From the NCBI GenBank assembly GCA_002717225.1, contig PBDG01000009.1, forward strand, positions 76,563 to 140,562: a stretch of 64,000 nucleotides of DNA. The letters are read 5' to 3'. Within the stretch, counting starts at the first letter, position 1, and every line of letters begins with the position of its first letter. Made by a program: the position numbers and the translations under genes. Shown here one piece after another: positions 59,412 through 64,000 of the stretch. This DNA is from Rhodospirillaceae bacterium (GTDB lineage Bacteria; Pseudomonadota; Alphaproteobacteria; UBA828). The notes below the pieces were generated by a model. The model had not been told where the DNA came from. It made no database searches and saw nothing but the letters and a program-made list of their open reading frames with translations.

Positions 59412-60962
59412 ATGCGCACGCCCTTGATGGATTTGGACAGAGCCCACTTCGACGTCGTAGTGATCGGCGCCGGGGTCAATGGCGCAAGCACGACACAGCA
59501 TCTTGCCGCCGCCGGCTTCACTACACTTCTCGTAGAGCAGAATGATTTCGCCTCCGGCTCCTCGAGCCGCTCCAGCCGCCTATTGCATTGCGGCCTCCGT
59601 TATCTTGCACCGGGCTGCTCCATGTGGGAGTTCGCCTTTCATCCGAACCGCCTGATAACGGCGCTCTCCATGGCGCGCCAAGCGATGGAGTCACGCAGCC
59701 AAATGGTGCGCGAAACACCCGAGCGCGTACGATCGATGACCTTCTCCTATCCAATCTATAAGGAATCACCTTATGCGCCGTGGCAGATTGATCTCGCCTT
59801 CAACATATTGAAAGCACTCGGGCCGAAGGACGTACCACTCGACTATCGCCGCCTCAACCGCTCGGAGGCACACACCCGGCCACTTCTGCAATGGCTAAGG
59901 GATATGGATGCCCTCAAGGGTATCGCCCAGTTCCGCGAATATCGTTTCGAATGGCCTGAGCGAATTGCTCTCGATACGGTGCTCGATGCCGCCCGGCTAG
60001 GTGCGCAAGTCCGTAACCATACGGCTTTACGAGGGGTTGAGCGTGAGGCCGATGGTAATTGGCGGCTTACCTTGGCAGATAAGCTGGCGACGGAAGAAGT
60101 GACCGTAACGGCAACAGCGTTGGTCAACACTGCCGGTATCTGGATCGATAGGGTCAATCGCATGGCCGATAGCAATGTGGGACGGCGTATCACCGGCACA
60201 AAGGGCATCCATTGTATGTTCCGCCTGCCGGCGAACTGCGCTGATCAAGGAATCGCCAGCATGAACCGTGACGACGAACCGTTTTACTGCGTCCCCTGGC
60301 GCGGACTCCACTATGTCGGGCCAACGGAAACCCTCTACGACGGCAATATCGACGATATTCACCCAGAAGAAGAAGAAATTGAATGGCTCCTGGATGAGGC
60401 CAACCACCTATTACCAGGAGCTGAATTCAAGCGAGAAAAAATGCTGTTCGCCTGGGCCGGCGTACGGCCGCTCACTTACGATCCAGCGCAACCCAAAGGC
60501 GCCAGGAGCCGTGAATTGCACGATCTGTCGGGCGAAGGCTTCGATAATCTTTTTGCATTGACTGCCGGGCCGATCATGACCCATCGCTCGGCTGGCGAAC
60601 TTCTGACCAAGCATGTCGCGAAGCGGGTACGCCCCTCTGGCACGCCGGGTAGGCTAAGCTTCAGCGCAAAAACCTATCCCGACAACACTAATTCGCTGGC
60701 CATCGACGATGCATGGCCGGAAACGACCTTCGCTGATCTCAACCACGCGGTGGCCCATGAGCTACCCGCCAATCTAATCGATCTTCTGTTCCGCCGCACC
60801 GGCAATGGCTGGACCGCCTCAATGGGCGCACCCATGGCCGAGCAGGCAGCACGCCAGGTAGCGGAGCAAATGGGCTGGGACGAAGCGCGAATCCAGGCCG
60901 AAACTCAAGCCTATAAGGATTACGTCGCACGCAATCACCTATGGCACGGCGCGAATGATTGA
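59412..60962 (+). CDS. GlpD/GlpO-family FAD-dependent oxidoreductase (divergent)
   Basis: IGAGVNG, DFASGSSSRSSRLLHCGLRYL, VNTAGIW, AGVRPL, DLLFRRT. Confidence 0.82.
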   Translation: MRTPLMDLDRAHFDVVVIGAGVNGASTTQHLAAAGFTTLLVEQNDFASGSSSRSSRLLHCGLRYLAPGCSMWEFAFHPNRLITALSMARQAMESRSQMVRETPERVRSMTFSYPIYKESPYAPWQIDLAFNILKALGPKDVPLDYRRLNRSEAHTRPLLQWLRDMDALKGIAQFREYRFEWPERIALDTVLDAARLGAQVRNHTALRGVEREADGNWRLTLADKLATEEVTVTATALVNTAGIWIDRVNRMADSNVGRRITGTKGIHCMFRLPANCADQGIASMNRDDEPFYCVPWRGLHYVGPTETLYDGNIDDIHPEEEEIEWLLDEANHLLPGAEFKREKMLFAWAGVRPLTYDPAQPKGARSRELHDLSGEGFDNLFALTAGPIMTHRSAGELLTKHVAKRVRPSGTPGRLSFSAKTYPDNTNSLAIDDAWPETTFADLNHAVAHELPANLIDLLFRRTGNGWTASMGAPMAEQAARQVAEQMGWDEARIQAETQAYKDYVARNHLWHGAND

Positions 60963-61856
60963 TTAGACCGGCGCAAACTCGCTGTCGCCATCGAGTTCAC
61001 CGTCACAGGTCGCGCGGCCAGTCTCGACCATATGAATTAGATGGGCTAATACCGAGCGCGCAGCAGCGGCGTGCAGCACCGGGTCAACATCGGCGTAGAT
61101 CAACCGCACCATCTCTGGGATGCGGCTGATGCCATCATCCAGACATTTGCCGATCTGCACCTCGCGGGCCTCGCGGTGATTAATCAGTGCGGCAATAAAT
61201 GTCCCCGGTGATTCGATTGCTGGCCCATGGGTCGGCCATAAGCGAATCTCTGCGCGCCCAGCGAGGCGCCGGCAAGAGGCTAAGTAATCCGCCATACTAC
61301 CATCTGGCGGCGAGACCACCGTGGTCGACCAGCCCATCACATGATCTCCGGAAAACAAAACCTGCTCCTCTTCGAGCGCGAAACACAGATGATTCGAGGT
61401 GTGCCCCGGAGTATGAATCGCCTCGAGGGTCCAACCGGAGCCTGAAATCACATCACCATCTCCAACAAAAATATCTGGCGCGAAGTCGCGATCAGCCCCC
61501 TCCTCGACTTCTTCACCTGTTCGCCCCCCACCATGAGGTCCGAAGCCGTAACTTTTTGCGCCGGTAATTTCCTGCATATAACGCACCGCTGGCGAATGAT
61601 CGCGATGGGTGTGGGTCACCAATAAGTGACTAACCGTCTCGCCCTTAATTGCACCCAAGAGCGCCTCGACATGCGGTGTCAAATCTGGTCCAGCATCGAC
61701 AACCGCCACCTCGCCACGACCAACGATATAAGTGCCGGTGCCATAAAAAGTAAAAGGCCCCGGATTATTGGCAACGACACGGCGGATCAGCGGGGATAGC
61801 GTGTCGCAAACACCATAAGTGAAATCGAGCTCACGCTTAAACGGGATGCCAGCCAT
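60963..61856 (-). CDS. MBL-fold metallo-hydrolase (LACTB2-like)
   Basis: NPGPFT..GT, THTHRDH, TPGHTSNH, SGDH, PTHG. Confidence 0.9.
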   Translation of the reverse strand: MAGIPFKRELDFTYGVCDTLSPLIRRVVANNPGPFTFYGTGTYIVGRGEVAVVDAGPDLTPHVEALLGAIKGETVSHLLVTHTHRDHSPAVRYMQEITGAKSYGFGPHGGGRTGEEVEEGADRDFAPDIFVGDGDVISGSGWTLEAIHTPGHTSNHLCFALEEEQVLFSGDHVMGWSTTVVSPPDGSMADYLASCRRLAGRAEIRLWPTHGPAIESPGTFIAALINHREAREVQIGKCLDDGISRIPEMVRLIYADVDPVLHAAAARSVLAHLIHMVETGRATCDGELDGDSEFAPV

Positions 61857-61874
61857 GGCGCGCTCCTTTTGCTA

Positions 61875-62921
61875 CTAAAGTCCGCCCGGGCGGGAAGGAT
61901 CTTCACCAGGCGGTCCGCGGCGGCCGGGTATACCATGCTCACGAGTGGCGCCACTTGGGGTGGCCGGTGTTTTTCCTCCTGGAGGCATATCACCCGAGCC
62001 AGTGAGATGAAGGAAGATATCCTCCAAATCCGGCTCATCAGTCGAGAGATCGCAAATCGTTACGCCAGCGCGGCGCACAATGTCGAGGATCTGGCCAATC
62101 TCGGTTTTGCTCCTGAGATAGCGCACAGCAAGCCGGCGCGGATCACGCAACGCGGTTTCAAAGTCACTTAGCCCTTTAGGGACCTCCGCCATCTCCTCAG
62201 CACTGACAATCACCAGTTCTTTAACATCAAGGCGCTCAATTAGGCTCGCTGTCCGTTCGCAAGCAATTAACCTACCTTTATCAATGATGGCGATGGTGTC
62301 GCACAACGCTTCAGCCTCTTCAAGATAATGGGTGGTTAACACTACAGTGACGCCACGCGCATTCAATGCGCGCAAATGCGACCAGAGCTGCTGACGCAGT
62401 TCAACATCGACGCCTGCTGTCGGCTCGTCAAGGATGATGATTGGCGGTGAGTGAACCAGCGCTTTGGCAACCATCAAACGTCGACGCATACCGCCGGAAA
62501 GGGCGCGCGGATAGGTCTCGGCCTGATCGGTGAGACCCACCGCGTCGAGGATGTCGGCGGTGCAACGCTCGGGAGCGCGCAGGCCAAAATAACCAGCCTG
62601 AGCCTCAAGCGCTTCGCGTGCCGTGAAATAGGGATCGAGCACAAGTTCCTGCGGCACCACGCCGATGGAAAGCCGCGCGCCCCTTGTCTCACGATCGATA
62701 TCGTAACCCCAGATCGCGGCATTGCCGGAGGTCTTGTTGGTCAGTCCGGCAAGAATATTGATGAAAGTAGATTTTCCTGCACCGTTAGGGCCCAGAAGAC
62801 CGAAAAACGAACCGCGCGGGATATTAAGGTCGAATTTTTGGAGCGCAACTGTCTCTGAGTGGCGCCGGTGATAGACCTTACGCAAGCTGCGTGCCTCGAC
62901 AGCGTTTTCAGGAAAGCTCAT
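61875..62921 (-). CDS. ABC-2 type ATP-binding protein (YadG-like)
   Basis: GPNGAGKS, VPQE, LSGGMRRR, DEPTAGVD, TTHYLEEA. Confidence 0.9.
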   Translation of the reverse strand: MSFPENAVEARSLRKVYHRRHSETVALQKFDLNIPRGSFFGLLGPNGAGKSTFINILAGLTNKTSGNAAIWGYDIDRETRGARLSIGVVPQELVLDPYFTAREALEAQAGYFGLRAPERCTADILDAVGLTDQAETYPRALSGGMRRRLMVAKALVHSPPIIILDEPTAGVDVELRQQLWSHLRALNARGVTVVLTTHYLEEAEALCDTIAIIDKGRLIACERTASLIERLDVKELVIVSAEEMAEVPKGLSDFETALRDPRRLAVRYLRSKTEIGQILDIVRRAGVTICDLSTDEPDLEDIFLHLTGSGDMPPGGKTPATPSGATREHGIPGRRGPPGEDPSRPGGL

Positions 62922-63031
62922 GGCCGAACTCGCCCAGCCGGAGAGCGTTGTGAATGGTTGATCACCATAGCCGAATGGGTATCATTCGCGGCGTTGGCGG
63001 GTCAAATGGAGCACGCTAGAAGGGCTACGCT

Positions 63032-63208
63032 ATGAGCACAAATATCGATACCCCGGAAACGGTCGAAGCCGACAGCACCGAAGTCAGTTGTGATGGTGGT
63101 GGCGATCTTGGCCATCCGCGCGTCTACCTCAACATGGGCGATAAAGGCGAAGTCGATTGTCCCTATTGCGATCGTAAATTCGTCCTTACAACTGAGCACG
63201 CATCGTAA
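63032..63208 (+). CDS. small zinc-finger protein (zf-CHCC / NDUFS6-like)
   Basis: 58 aa, shorter than any ORF in the track: MSTNIDTPETVEADSTEVSCDGGGDLGHPRVYLNMGDKGEVDCPYCDRKFVLTTEHAS. Confidence 0.9.
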   Translation: MSTNIDTPETVEADSTEVSCDGGGDLGHPRVYLNMGDKGEVDCPYCDRKFVLTTEHAS

Positions 63209-64000
63209 TCTTTTTTCCTCGACAGGAGAATGCCATCCAGAGAACCAACGGCAGCGCAAACGCCGAAAGCGTTGCGTTGGCCCAGTAGGCATCCGCACCC
63301 AAGAGACCATAGAGCCAGCCAGCAAGCAATAAACCCGCACCAAGACCGGCGCCATAGGTCAGCCCGCCCAATAAGCCTTGCGCTGAATTAGCATATGAAT
63401 CGGGTACTGCACTTGTAATGAACAGCATGGCGCCAAGATGCATCGCGGCGAAACTCGCGGCATGGAGTATCTGCGCCAAGGCGACAATCCACAGTTCCAC
63501 CGTTAACGCCAGCACCATCCACCGTATTGCTCCCAACCCCGCCGCCGCCGCGATTAACCCGACCGGCCCCATGCGCCTCACCAAAGGGGAGCCAAAAGCA
63601 AAAAGCAGAATTTCCGCCACCACCCCCTCTCCCCATAGTAATCCCACCGTCAGATGCGAGTAGCCTACCGAAGTCCAATGAATGGACGAGAAACCGTAAT
63701 AGACCCCGTGGGCCGCCTGAATCACTGCCGTCGCGAGTATAAACAGCAAAAACGACCGGCTAGCGAGCAACGTCTTCAACGGTAAGAACCCCTGTGCCCG
63801 TTGTGCCGTCAGAGCGCGCGGCAGGATGAGCGAGGTAACGAACAGTACCGCCAGTGTTACCAGTAGCAAGGTGACAATAGTCGAGGCCGGCAAACTGCCA
63901 TGCATATCCAACAACCAGCCGCCAGCGATGGAGGCTAGAACGAAGGAGACCGAGCCCCACAGACGGACTCGGCCATAGCCATAATCTGCTGAAACGGATC
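63186..64000 (-). CDS. MFS transporter (HcaT/MFS_1_like), 5' end beyond window
   Basis: Frame open to the right edge with YGRVRLWGS; HGVYYGFSSIHW, GVVAEI and QILHA motifs. Confidence 0.85.
   Translation of the reverse strand, partial: SVSADYGYGRVRLWGSVSFVLASIAGGWLLDMHGSLPASTIVTLLLVTLAVLFVTSLILPRALTAQRAQGFLPLKTLLASRSFLLFILATAVIQAAHGVYYGFSSIHWTSVGYSHLTVGLLWGEGVVAEILLFAFGSPLVRRMGPVGLIAAAAGLGAIRWMVLALTVELWIVALAQILHAASFAAMHLGAMLFITSAVPDSYANSAQGLLGGLTYGAGLGAGLLLAGWLYGLLGADAYWANATLSAFALPLVLWMAFSCRGKKITMRAQL

Noticed and set aside
1..64000. CRISPR arrays, tRNA/rRNA, transposases, integrases, prophage or defence genes
   Set aside because: No spaced repeats or diagnostic protein motifs seen on either strand.

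Overview
This gene-dense, moderately GC-rich chromosomal segment looks alphaproteobacterial (Rhodospirillales-like; inferred from gene content, not tested). I found no rRNA, tRNA, CRISPR array, phage or IS element. It holds about 49 CDS, mostly catabolic or transport genes: a DehI-like gene fragment, allA, rhlE, ispG, a beta-oxidation operon ending in an atypical CoA-transferase pair, an ABC-F protein, a TetR/MMPL/LolA-like/outer-membrane-protein module and a TPP-riboswitch-controlled thiZXY-type transporter. Further along are two divergent hydantoinase/oxoprolinase pairs (one B subunit fused to an acetone-carboxylase-gamma-like Zn ribbon), a fused CydDC-like exporter, an Urt/Fmd-type amide ABC transporter and a LarA-MFS-GlpD-like operon. 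The most unusual element is a three-gene, domain-reshuffled glutamate synthase / N-methylglutamate-synthase-like system (50989-56376). In it, a GltD-like module is fused to a second, apparently inactive copy of the FMN barrel, and a perfect palindromic operator candidate lies upstream. All calls come from reading motifs by eye; no database searches were run.
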